The notes under the pieces were generated by a model that searched no databases, was not told the DNA's origin, and was given only the letters and a program-made list of their open reading frames with translations. From Longispora sp. K20-0274 (lineage in GTDB: Bacteria > Actinomycetota > Actinomycetes > Mycobacteriales > Micromonosporaceae): DNA of 64,000 nt. Below, piece by piece: positions 29,671 to 38,523 of the stretch. Within the stretch, counting starts at the first letter, position 1. The number at the start of each line of letters is the position of its first letter. The position numbers were made by a program, and so were the translations under genes. The stretch is taken from the NCBI RefSeq assembly GCF_047121295.1, contig NZ_CP139447.1, positions 3,298,665 through 3,362,664 of the forward strand. Reading direction: 5' to 3'.

Positions 29671-30777
29671 ATGCGGCACATCGGCGCCGACGCGGAACTC
29701 GGGGAGCTGCTGCCCGTCGACGAGGCGGTACGGCTGCTGCGCGGCGCCCTCCTGGCCCGCGCGCACACCGCGCTGGACCCCGCCGGCGACGACCCCGCAC
29801 GGCAGGCGTGCGACGCCCCGGCCTGGCCGCGCCCCGTAGCCCCGCACCGGCAGACCGCCAGCCCGCACGGCCCCGCGCACGCCCCCGCCGGCCCGCACCC
29901 CGGCAGCACTCCGGCCGCCCGGCATCTCGGCAGCGCCCTTGCCGCGCCGCACCACGGCAGCACCCCGGCCGGCCGGTTCCTCGCCGCCGGCCTGCGCGGC
30001 GACGGCCCCCAGGCCACGATCGTGTTCGACGACCTCACCGGCGCGGTCGAGGGCCTGGTCCTCGGCACGGGCCCCGGCGACCTGCGCGCGGCGGCGACCT
30101 CCGTCCTCGCCGCCGAACACCTCGCGCCCCGGCACCCCTACCGGCTGACGATCCTCGGCGGGGGCGGTCGGGCGTACGCCCAGCTGCGGTTTCTCGCGGC
30201 CCGCCAGAACCCGGCCGAGATCCTGGCGCACGGCCCCGACGCCGACACCCTCGCTGCCCGGGCGCGCGCGGAACTGGGCCTGACCGTCACCGCCGTCCGC
30301 GACCCGGCCGCCGCCGTCCGGGGCGCGCAGCTCGTCGTCGCCGACGGATTCCCCCTCGACCCGGACTGGCTCTCCCCGGGCACCCACGTCACGGCGCTCG
30401 ACTGGCACCGCGCCCGGCCCGCCGCCCTGCTGGCCCGCGCGGACCGCGTGGTCACCGACGCACCGGCCCTCGCCCACGCCCGCCTCGCGACCCTGGCCGG
30501 CCTCCCTACTCCGACCAGCCTCCCGACCCCCGCCGGCCGTCCGACCCCGGCCCCGGCGCGCGTTCCGGTCCCGGCCCGGCTGGACGACCTCGCGGACCTG
30601 GTTGCCGGGCGCGCGTCCGGCCGGCGGAGCGCCGACGAGGTCACCCTGCTGCTGTCGTGCGGCCTGCCGGGCGCCGACCTGCTCCTCGCGGCGGCCGCCC
30701 TGCGCCGCGCCCCCGCGCCGGTGGCCCCCGCCTCCCCGCGCCGCCGGTCCAACTACCGCACCCACAGAAAACCCTGA
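29671..30777 (+). CDS. Ornithine cyclodeaminase / mu-crystallin family protein with His/Pro/Ala-rich N-terminal insertion
   Basis: Rossmann-like region (LTILGGGGRAYAQLRFL...VVADGFPLDPDWLSPGTHVTALD) typical of the OCD family. Start uncertain; an ATG at 29671 was chosen (MRHIGAD...). A ~45-bp tandem repeat around 29890-29990 encodes HxGSTPA(A/G)R.L twice. Confidence 0.55.
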   Translation: MRHIGADAELGELLPVDEAVRLLRGALLARAHTALDPAGDDPARQACDAPAWPRPVAPHRQTASPHGPAHAPAGPHPGSTPAARHLGSALAAPHHGSTPAGRFLAAGLRGDGPQATIVFDDLTGAVEGLVLGTGPGDLRAAATSVLAAEHLAPRHPYRLTILGGGGRAYAQLRFLAARQNPAEILAHGPDADTLAARARAELGLTVTAVRDPAAAVRGAQLVVADGFPLDPDWLSPGTHVTALDWHRARPAALLARADRVVTDAPALAHARLATLAGLPTPTSLPTPAGRPTPAPARVPVPARLDDLADLVAGRASGRRSADEVTLLLSCGLPGADLLLAAAALRRAPAPVAPASPRRRSNYRTHRKP

Positions 30778-31010
30778 AGATCCACCCCATCCAGGGTTAC
30801 GGAGGTCCCCGACCCGGCTCCCAACGGTCCTCCGGCCCCTGCCCGCGTAAGCCCGCTCGCCGTCGGGCCGAGCTGCGGCGCGGGGCACGGCGGGGTGGCC
30901 TGGGCGCGTCGGCCGAGCGGAGCGGGCGTGCTGGTCGGGCGGGCCGTGCCGCTCGGTGATGGCGCCGGCCCGCGCGGGCACCCGGGGTCGGGTACCCGCG
31001 CGGGGGAGGG

Positions 31011-32990
31011 TCACTCCTCCTCGGGCTGTTCCTCCCCGCCCCCCGGCAGGGTCAGCGTCCCGTTGTTCAGCGCCTTCATCAGCGTCCCGGCGAGGCCGTC
31101 GAGGGTGGAGCCGCCGGTGACCAGTACCTCCGGAACGATCTTGATCTGGCCCTCCGCGACCGCGCCGGCCACCGCGACCAGGGCCGTGGACAGCTCACCG
31201 ATCGCCTCGCGCTGTGCGGCGAACCCGGCCGCCCGGGCCAGCCCCAGCGCCTCGGCCGCCTTCGCCTCGGCGAGGCCGAGGGCCTGCACCTTGTCGGCCT
31301 GGGCCTGACCGGTCAGCCGGACGTACGCCGCCTCGCCGCCGGCCTCCGCCTCGCGGGCCTCGGCCCGGTTCCGGTTGATCTCCACCGACACCTGGGCGGC
31401 GGCGAGGTCGGCCTGCATGTTGGCCGTGCCCCGCGCCTTCTCCATCTGGATGCGGACGGTCTCCGCGCGCTGCTGCTCCTCGTAGGTGGCCCGCTGCTGG
31501 TTGGCGATCTCGCGGTGGGTCAGGACCTCCACGAGCTCGGGCGGGAACACCACGTCCTGGATGTACACGCCCCGGGTCTCCACCTCGTACCCGGTCAGGT
31601 ACCGGGTGATCGCCGTGAACGCCGCCTCCTGCACCTCCTGGCGGGTCTCGATGAACCGGATGGCCTCCAGATCCTGCAGCGTGTTGCGGAAGTGGTTGCC
31701 CACGGCCGACTGCAGCACCTCGTTGACCAGGTTGAGGATCGTGCCCACCGAGGAGATCACCTTGGGCGCGCGGGTGTCGGAGATGTGGATCTGGACCTGC
31801 AGGTCGATGGTGAACACGAAACCCTCGCGGCTCTTGCCGACGATGGACTCCAGCCGGGCGTCGAGGTTGTGCGCCTGGGAGGAGGCGCTCGCCCAGTTGA
31901 GGGTCAGGATCGAGGTGGGCACGATCTCGGCGGCGTAGATCCGCGGGTTGATCGCGTACTTGCCGGTCCGCAGCGGCTCCTGCCAGATGCCCCGGTGCCC
32001 GGGCCGCACGATGCTGCCGAACTTGAAGTCCACGCCGGACGTGTCCAGGGTGGGCAGCCCGACGAAGCCCTTGATGACGGCGACCTGACCCTGGTTGACG
32101 ACGAGCATCGGCACCATCTCGACGCGGACCAGGAACGGGTTGAGCAGGTACGCGCCGTACAGCAGCGGGTCGTGTTGCAGGCCGATCCGCCCGCCGTTGT
32201 CGAGGAACTTCTGGAAGTCCTGGTAGTTGTTGTGCAGGCTGTTCTTCGAGCCGAGGAGCACGTCGATGATCCCGGCGTCGGAGGTCTCCTCCTCCATACC
32301 GGCGATGTCGTCGAACCCGCCGAGCCGGCTGGCGATGTCCCCGGACGGCAGCGGTTCACCCTCCAGCACCGTGACCAGGCCGATCATGTCCCGGTTCTCG
32401 TTCGGCGCGATCACCACGACGTTGAGCTGCTCGTGCCGCAGCCCGAAGGACTCCGGGGTGAGCTGGTGCTGGTGCTCGGCGAACGCGAGCTCCGGGGCCA
32501 CGGGCAGCCCGAACACCTCCCGGGTCGTGATGACCAGGAACGCGACCGGGTGGATCGGGGCGAGGGTGCCCGGCGGCAGCACAGGGCGCTGGACGCCCTT
32601 CTCGCCGCCGTTGTCGAGGAACGCGCGCAGGTCGCCGTAGTTGCCGAACTCCGGCCGGTAGTGCGCGCTCTTCGCGCCGATCGGCAACGGCTGGCCCACC
32701 TGGGCGATCACCACGCCGATCTCGCCGGCCGGGACCTGCACCCAGGGGAACTTCACGACCGAGTACACCGGCCACAGCTTGAACCGCGCGCCGGGCATCA
32801 GCAGCTCGGCCTGGTAGCCGGCCTCGCCCCGGAACGCGATCGGGTTGTCGTCGGGGAGCCGGCGGAACCCGTACCGCTTGGTGACGAGGCCGACCTGGGT
32901 GGGGCCGATCCGGTGCACCGACCGGAAGAACAGGAGAAGGAGTAGTAACGCGACGACGGCTCCGAGGATGCCGAACAGACCAACCCCCAT
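31011..32990 (-). CDS. Flotillin / SPFH (band-7) domain protein with long C-terminal coiled-coil (FloT-like)
   Basis: N-terminal TM segment, SPFH domain, and an extended Ala/Glu/Gln-rich coiled coil (...EEQQRAETVRIQMEKARG...). GGGAGG RBS lies 5 nt upstream. Confidence 0.85.
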   Translation of the reverse strand: MGVGLFGILGAVVALLLLLLFFRSVHRIGPTQVGLVTKRYGFRRLPDDNPIAFRGEAGYQAELLMPGARFKLWPVYSVVKFPWVQVPAGEIGVVIAQVGQPLPIGAKSAHYRPEFGNYGDLRAFLDNGGEKGVQRPVLPPGTLAPIHPVAFLVITTREVFGLPVAPELAFAEHQHQLTPESFGLRHEQLNVVVIAPNENRDMIGLVTVLEGEPLPSGDIASRLGGFDDIAGMEEETSDAGIIDVLLGSKNSLHNNYQDFQKFLDNGGRIGLQHDPLLYGAYLLNPFLVRVEMVPMLVVNQGQVAVIKGFVGLPTLDTSGVDFKFGSIVRPGHRGIWQEPLRTGKYAINPRIYAAEIVPTSILTLNWASASSQAHNLDARLESIVGKSREGFVFTIDLQVQIHISDTRAPKVISSVGTILNLVNEVLQSAVGNHFRNTLQDLEAIRFIETRQEVQEAAFTAITRYLTGYEVETRGVYIQDVVFPPELVEVLTHREIANQQRATYEEQQRAETVRIQMEKARGTANMQADLAAAQVSVEINRNRAEAREAEAGGEAAYVRLTGQAQADKVQALGLAEAKAAEALGLARAAGFAAQREAIGELSTALVAVAGAVAEGQIKIVPEVLVTGGSTLDGLAGTLMKALNNGTLTLPGGGEEQPEEE

Positions 32991-33062
32991 GGGGGCCTCC
33001 CGCTTCGAAGGGCTCTGGAGATTCGCAGAGTACGCCGGGCGGAGGTGGGCGCGCTGTCCCGT

Positions 33063-33473
33063 TCAGGCGCAGTGCAGCCGGGCCCTCACCGCGGCGGGCA
33101 TCTGGGGGAGTTCGGGCAGGTCACACATCGACCCGGTGCCCAGGGTGAGGCCCTGCCACACGCCGCCGACCCGGTGCGTGACGAACGTCGCACCGCCCAC
33201 TTCGGAGTCCAGGGAGCCGACCGCCCACCCGGCCTCGCACACCAGGCTGCCGGCCCGCACGGACGCGCTGGCCGGGAGTCCGCCGTTGACGACCCTCGCG
33301 GCGGCCAGGACCTCGGCGTCGGTCGGGCACGCCGCCGGGCTCGGGCTCGCGGCGGCCGTCGTCGGAGCGTTCGTCGGGGCGGTGACCGGGGTGTTCGGCC
33401 CGCAGCCGGTGCCGCCGGCGAGGATCAGGAGGACCGGCACGAGGGAAATCAGGGGCCTACGCATGATCAACAT
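33063..33473 (-). CDS. Small lipoprotein of unknown function
   Basis: MLIMRRPLISLVPVLLILAGGTGC gives a lipobox LAGG-TGC. Upstream in-frame sequence is low-complexity, so the start was trimmed to the ATG at 33473. Confidence 0.45.
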   Translation of the reverse strand: MLIMRRPLISLVPVLLILAGGTGCGPNTPVTAPTNAPTTAAASPSPAACPTDAEVLAAARVVNGGLPASASVRAGSLVCEAGWAVGSLDSEVGGATFVTHRVGGVWQGLTLGTGSMCDLPELPQMPAAVRARLHCA

Positions 33474-33821
33474 CTTACGGATCCCCGGTCGGGCGCAACC
33501 CGGGCCGGCCCTGCTTCGTTGCACCCGGTGGGCTCCCCGAGGGCCCGGCGAGCGCGGGTCCACAGTGTCGAGGCTGTGGGCCCGTTCGTCGTGTCCGCCC
33601 GGATCCTGTGTGGCCGGCCGGTAGACCGACGTCCCGACGCGCAGTCCCCTGAGCAGCCGGGACGCCGTCCCCCGTGAAGGCACTGCGCAATAGGTACTGC
33701 AGTACCTTCCGTGGGCACTCTAGGTGCTTTGGCGGGAGTCTGGCAAGCGTGATCAGGGGTACCGTCGCCGCCTATCGGGTGATAGGAACAAGTAGCATCG
33801 GAGCGCTGGAGGGAGGACGCG

Positions 33822-34274
33822 ATGGCCGTGGATCGCCGGATGATCGGACTGCGCATCAAGGAACGCCGCGTCCGTCTCGGCATGCTCCAGCAGGACGTCG
33901 CCGACGCCGCGGGCGTGCACCTGCGGGCCTTCGGGAAGATCGAGCGCGGTGAGGTGACGCCCCACCTGCACACCTGTTCGCTGTTGGACGGAGCGCTGCA
34001 GCTGACGCCCGGCTCCCTGGCCGGCGCGTACCAGACGGGGGCCGAACTCGTACCGCTCTCACTGCCGGACCAGCTGCCGGCGGACTGGAGGGACGGCGCC
34101 CCCGACCTGACGTCCGTCGTCCACGATCCGGCCGCCGCCGCCGAACTGCGGGACTGGTTCGAGGACGCGATGCGGCAGATGTACGAACGGGGCCGCCAGG
34201 CCCAGCGCGCGGACCAGGAGGCGCGGGAGGCCCGGGCCGCGACGATCGGCAGGACGAGAGGCCGGGGCGCGTGA
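33822..34274 (+). CDS. XRE-family helix-turn-helix transcriptional regulator
   Basis: IGLRIKERRVRLGMLQQDVADAAGVHLRAFGKIERGE matches the HTH_XRE pattern. Confidence 0.65.
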   Translation: MAVDRRMIGLRIKERRVRLGMLQQDVADAAGVHLRAFGKIERGEVTPHLHTCSLLDGALQLTPGSLAGAYQTGAELVPLSLPDQLPADWRDGAPDLTSVVHDPAAAAELRDWFEDAMRQMYERGRQAQRADQEAREARAATIGRTRGRGA

Positions 34275-35194
34275 GGCCTGGCCGTGGAGACGCGGGCGGC
34301 ACGAGTTGGCACGTTGTCCGGTTCGTCACAGGACTTTCGTCCTGCGTGGGGTTCGCCGTGCTCGGCTGGCAGGCCCGCAGCCGACCGGACCTGTTGCCCT
34401 GGTACATCCGCCAGCACGCCATGTCGGTGGTGGCCGCCCTCACCATCACCGCGCTGGTGTGCCACCTCCAGCTCCGGTTGGCCCGGTTCACCTCGGGCGG
34501 GGTGGAACAGGCCGCGAACCGGGTGATCCGTCTGGCGGCCCAGTGCGCGTCGGCCGGCGTCGTTCTGCAGGCTGTCCTCACCGTGTACATGGCCAGCTCG
34601 GGCGGGGCGCTGCGGATCGAGTACCACGAGCTCCTGCTCGGCGCGTCGAACTGTCTCACCCTGGCGGGCGTCGTCGTGGTCTACGGCCTGTCGAGGGCCG
34701 TGCGCGTGTTGCGGACGCCGGTCGGACAGGTCCCCGACCAGGCCGTGGTCACGGCGGCGCACCTTCGACTCCGTCGCCTCAGCCGGGTCGCGGCGGCCGC
34801 CGCGGTCGCGGGATTCGGCGGGGTCGTGTATCTCGACGTGTACCAGCCCGACGCCGTGTCGCAGTTCTGGCACCAGAGCCTGTGCAGCCTGGCGGCCATG
34901 CCCCTGATCATCGCCGTGATCAGCCACGAGGAGGCCCGCGGCCCGGACCTCGTCCGCGCGCGGCGCTGCGTCACCGTCGGTGGCACGCTCTGGGGGACGC
35001 TCCTCGCGGCGCAGGTGGTCAGCGGCGGGGCCGTCGGGTTCCGCTGGCAGGAGTACCTGCTGTGCGCGGGCAGCGCCGTGACCATCGCCGGACTGCTGCT
35101 GAGATTTGGTATCTACCATATGTCCAGAATGGTCGCTGCACTGCGGGAGATGCAGCGGCGTATCGCCGAGCACACGACGAGATCGGAACGGTGA
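34271..35194 (+). CDS. Integral membrane protein of unknown function
   Basis: Multiple hydrophobic helices. The GTG start overlaps the XRE gene stop, and the stop lies 2 nt before the P450 start. Confidence 0.5.
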   Translation: MRPGRGDAGGTSWHVVRFVTGLSSCVGFAVLGWQARSRPDLLPWYIRQHAMSVVAALTITALVCHLQLRLARFTSGGVEQAANRVIRLAAQCASAGVVLQAVLTVYMASSGGALRIEYHELLLGASNCLTLAGVVVVYGLSRAVRVLRTPVGQVPDQAVVTAAHLRLRRLSRVAAAAAVAGFGGVVYLDVYQPDAVSQFWHQSLCSLAAMPLIIAVISHEEARGPDLVRARRCVTVGGTLWGTLLAAQVVSGGAVGFRWQEYLLCAGSAVTIAGLLLRFGIYHMSRMVAALREMQRRIAEHTTRSER

Positions 35195-35196
35195 CC

Positions 35197-36564
35197 ATGA
35201 CGCTCGACGAACGCGGCACCATCGCCACGCAACAACCCCGCAGGATCAGGATCGTGCGCAACCTGGGGCAACTCAGGAAGCGGCCGGCGGACTTCCTCGA
35301 CGACGTGGGCCGCCAGCTGCCCAACGGCGAGATCGGCGAGATCCGGCTGGGCCCGAAACGGGCGGTCCTGGTGACGGATCCCGACCACCTCCAGCAGGTG
35401 TTCGTGACCGAGCGCGACAGGTACAGCCGGGAGGGCATGATCTGGCGCCCGATGAGCAGGCTCACGGGAACGGGGCTGGCGGGCGACGGCGCGCCGTGGA
35501 AGCGGAGCCGCAGTCTGATGGCGCCGCTGTTCCAGCGCAGCAGGATCGAGTCCCTCATGGTCGTGATGTCCCGGGCGATCGACGAGGCGGTCAACGACCT
35601 GGATGTCCGGATGGCCGGGGAGGAGTCCGTCGACGGGCTCAAGGAGATGACCCGGATCGTCCACACGGCGCTGATCAGAGCCTTCTTCGGCGACCGGATC
35701 TCCCTGTCGGACGCCGCCCGTCTGGGGGCCGCGACCGTGACGGCCTTCGGGGCGCTCGGTGCCCGCCTCCTCATGCCGTTCGTGCCGAACGCGGTGCCCA
35801 TGCCCGGCGACCGGCGGTTCATGAGGGCCGTGCGGGTCGTCGACGAGATCATGCTGCCGCTGGTCCGCGAGTCCATGGTCCCGGGCGCCGACGGCGAGGA
35901 CATCGTGACCTGGCTGGCACAGGACAACCACAAGATCGACGTCCCGCTGACCGAGCAGGAGATCCGCGACAACGTCGTCGCGTTGTTCGTCGGGGGTACG
36001 GAGACCACGTCCCTGGCGCTCACCTGGCTGTGGACCCGCCTCGCCGACGAACCCGCCGTCGCCGGGCGGTTGGCCGAGGAGGTCGGCCGGGTGGTCGGCT
36101 CGGATGTTCCGGGTCCCCGACATCTCGCGGGCCTGGACTACGTCCGCAGGACCCTCCAGGAGACGCTGCGACTACACCCCGGCAGCTTCGTCCTTCCCCG
36201 GTCCGTGGTCGCGCACGACACGATCGGCGGGGTCGCCGTCCGCCCGGGAGACATGGTCATCGTCAGTCCCTACCTGACCCACCGGCTGGCCCACCTGTGG
36301 CCCGACGCCCGGACCTTCGACCCGGACCGGTTCCTTCCCGAGCGCTCGGAGGGCCGACACAAGCTCGCGTACTTCCCGTTCGGGGCCGGTGGGCACAAGT
36401 GCATCGGCGAGCACCTCTACGTCGTGGAGGCCCAGATGCTCGCCGCCAGGATCCTGCGCGACTACACGCCGGAGGTGCTCAACGCCCGCGACGTGTGGCC
36501 ACGCCCCGACATCACGCTGCCACCGAACGTGCCGGTGCGACTGCGACTGACCCGGCGGACGTAG
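35197..36564 (+). CDS. Cytochrome P450 monooxygenase
   Basis: Heme-binding loop FPFGAGGHKCIG, K-helix ETLR motif (ETLRLHP), and I-helix AGTETT-like segment (VGGTETTS). Confidence 0.9.
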   Translation: MTLDERGTIATQQPRRIRIVRNLGQLRKRPADFLDDVGRQLPNGEIGEIRLGPKRAVLVTDPDHLQQVFVTERDRYSREGMIWRPMSRLTGTGLAGDGAPWKRSRSLMAPLFQRSRIESLMVVMSRAIDEAVNDLDVRMAGEESVDGLKEMTRIVHTALIRAFFGDRISLSDAARLGAATVTAFGALGARLLMPFVPNAVPMPGDRRFMRAVRVVDEIMLPLVRESMVPGADGEDIVTWLAQDNHKIDVPLTEQEIRDNVVALFVGGTETTSLALTWLWTRLADEPAVAGRLAEEVGRVVGSDVPGPRHLAGLDYVRRTLQETLRLHPGSFVLPRSVVAHDTIGGVAVRPGDMVIVSPYLTHRLAHLWPDARTFDPDRFLPERSEGRHKLAYFPFGAGGHKCIGEHLYVVEAQMLAARILRDYTPEVLNARDVWPRPDITLPPNVPVRLRLTRRT

Positions 36565-36620
36565 ACGCGTCCGGTGAAGCGGGTGCGACGCCCTTGGTGG
36601 AGCATCCGTCGTGGTCACAG

Positions 36621-36656
36621 CCTCGGTCGGTCAGGACGCGTCCTGACCGACCGAGG
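36621..36656. terminator. Perfect 18-bp inverted repeat (CCTCGGTCGGTCAGGACG|CGTCCTGACCGACCGAGG) between the convergent P450 and terpene cyclase genes; candidate bidirectional terminator
   Basis: The palindrome is visible directly in the sequence, 55 nt after the P450 stop and 85 nt after the cyclase stop. Confidence 0.45.
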
Positions 36657-36740
36657 ACCCGCCCGGACCTGCCACGCGGGGCTGGACGGCGTCGATCATG
36701 CTGACGGCCCACGACGGCTGGGCAGAGGCCGCCGTGGGAG

Positions 36741-38165
36741 CTACGCCATCCTCAACGCGGCCAGCCGGGCGGCCCGGATCACGGTGATCGGCGCGTACAG
36801 GTCCTTGGCGTGCCACAGCGCCGGGTAGGCCGCCGGGTCGTCGTTGCCGACCAGGAACGCACGGCCGCGCGCGATCAGGGCTGCGTGCGCGGGATCGCCG
36901 GCCCGCAGCAGCACCTGCACCGCGTACGCGGTCTCCTCCACGGTGCCCGTCCACCGGCCCCACGAGCCGTCGGGGCGCTGGGTGGCGGCGACCCAGCGCG
37001 CGGCGGCGGCCACGGCCGGCCCGGCGCCGGGGCCGCCGTACGCGGCGAGGGCCAGCGCGCAGCACGCCGTCGCGTAGTACGGGGACGCGTGCCACTTGTC
37101 CAGCCAGCTGCCGTCGGCGTCCTGGGTGGCCAGCAGCCAGTCCACGACCATCGACCGGGGCCCGCCGAACCGGGGGTCCTCGTCGGGCCGGGCGGCCAGG
37201 TAGACGCCCAGCGCCTCCAGCACGTGCGCGTTGGTGCTGATCGAGGGGTTGCGCTCGTCGGGGAAGCAGGTGAAGTAGCCGTCGGTGCGGTAGTCCAGCA
37301 GGCTGTCGGGCCGGCGGACCCTGCCGTGCGAGGTGAGCGCGTGCAGCACGGCGGCGGTGTCGTCGGCGTCGCAGGGCAGGCCGGGGGCCGCCGGCGCGCC
37401 GTACTCGCCGAGCGCGGCGTCGAGGCTGTCGAGCATGCCCTCCGGTACCAGATAGGGATCCGAGGTCAGGGCCAGGCTGTTGAGGACCCAGGCCCGCTCG
37501 AAGAACGTGATGGGGGTGACGCCCGGCACCGGGCCGCCGGCCGACGCCTGGATCGCGCGCAGGTAGCCGGCCGAGGGCTCGTCGGGGTCGCCGTCGTCGC
37601 CGAGCCAGGCGGCCGTGGCGGCGGGGGAGCAGGCCACCGCGCCGTCGGCGGGTTCGGCGCCACCCTCGCGGGCGGCGGCGCCGAGGACCTCCAGGGAGGC
37701 CCACAGCTTCACGGGTACCCGGCTGCCCCGGTCGACCCGGTCACGCAGCTTCAGCAGCGGCTTCTCGTCGAAGCCGCGCGGCAGGCCGAGGTGGTCGGGC
37801 CGGGGGAGGCGCGCGTTGATCTGGCCGGTCAGCGCCGGCACGACGAGCTCGACCGCGATGGTGTCCGGCAGCGCGCGGCCGCCGGCCAGCCAGGACCGCA
37901 GCCAGGCCAGGCCGCGCCCGGCGGCGGCGGGGTGACCGGCGGCGAAGAGGCTCTCGGTGGCGCTGAGGGTGGGCACGTACCCGTAGCCGTCGGCCTCGCC
38001 CCAGGAGCCGTCCGGGGCCTGCGTCCGGAGCAGGAAGTCCACTCTGGCCTGGTGGCCGGTGAGCCGGGGGAGCAGCGAGACGAGCCGGGACGTGTCGTAG
38101 ACCGAGGTGGACACCTGACTACCGTCGGTCATCACGGTGGCCAGCAGGGTGTCGATTTCCTTCAT
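36741..38165 (-). CDS. Class II (type B) terpene cyclase, copalyl/terpentedienyl-diphosphate-synthase-like
   Basis: DxDD protonation motif (LPCDADDTAAV) plus three QW repeats (LLRTQAPDGSWG, LLATQDADGSWL, VAATQRPDGSWG). The ~475-aa size fits bacterial class II diterpene cyclases. Confidence 0.8.
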   Translation of the reverse strand: MKEIDTLLATVMTDGSQVSTSVYDTSRLVSLLPRLTGHQARVDFLLRTQAPDGSWGEADGYGYVPTLSATESLFAAGHPAAAGRGLAWLRSWLAGGRALPDTIAVELVVPALTGQINARLPRPDHLGLPRGFDEKPLLKLRDRVDRGSRVPVKLWASLEVLGAAAREGGAEPADGAVACSPAATAAWLGDDGDPDEPSAGYLRAIQASAGGPVPGVTPITFFERAWVLNSLALTSDPYLVPEGMLDSLDAALGEYGAPAAPGLPCDADDTAAVLHALTSHGRVRRPDSLLDYRTDGYFTCFPDERNPSISTNAHVLEALGVYLAARPDEDPRFGGPRSMVVDWLLATQDADGSWLDKWHASPYYATACCALALAAYGGPGAGPAVAAAARWVAATQRPDGSWGRWTGTVEETAYAVQVLLRAGDPAHAALIARGRAFLVGNDDPAAYPALWHAKDLYAPITVIRAARLAALRMA

Positions 38166-38523
38166 GGAGGACGCCTCTCGGGGGGACCAGAAGCTGTCAA
38201 CATCACGGTCTGTAGTGATCCGTTGTGGACCGGGTGAGTTTGCCACACTCAGCTTGTACCGAACAAGGCGCAAGTATGTTTACTGTCGGCATGGGTAGGG
38301 ATGCGCATCGTGCGACAGAGTGACCTAAGTCTCATTCTGTTCTTTGTCTGTCGCGGACCTGCCAGTTTACTCACGTCGATCATGTCCATGACCTTGTGCT
38401 GATACCGGATTACGCGTGGTCCATAATGGATCGCTGGGTGCGCGCCTTGGCTGATACTTGTCCCGCTGATATCGTCACCCCGGCTGATTAGCGCAATAAT
38501 GTCGACTTCGTCGGGATGGTGGG

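Noticed and set aside
35197-36564. Possibility that the P450 is the conservon-associated cvnE
   Set aside because: It is separated from cvnA by a convergent terpene cyclase and a strong palindromic terminator, and it belongs to the upstream XRE/membrane-protein operon. It was therefore not assigned as cvnE.
36631-37704. 357-aa minus-strand ORF inside the terpene cyclase locus
   Set aside because: It is an alternative frame of the cyclase gene region with Arg/Pro/Gly-rich translation. The QW/DxDD-containing frame is clearly the real one.
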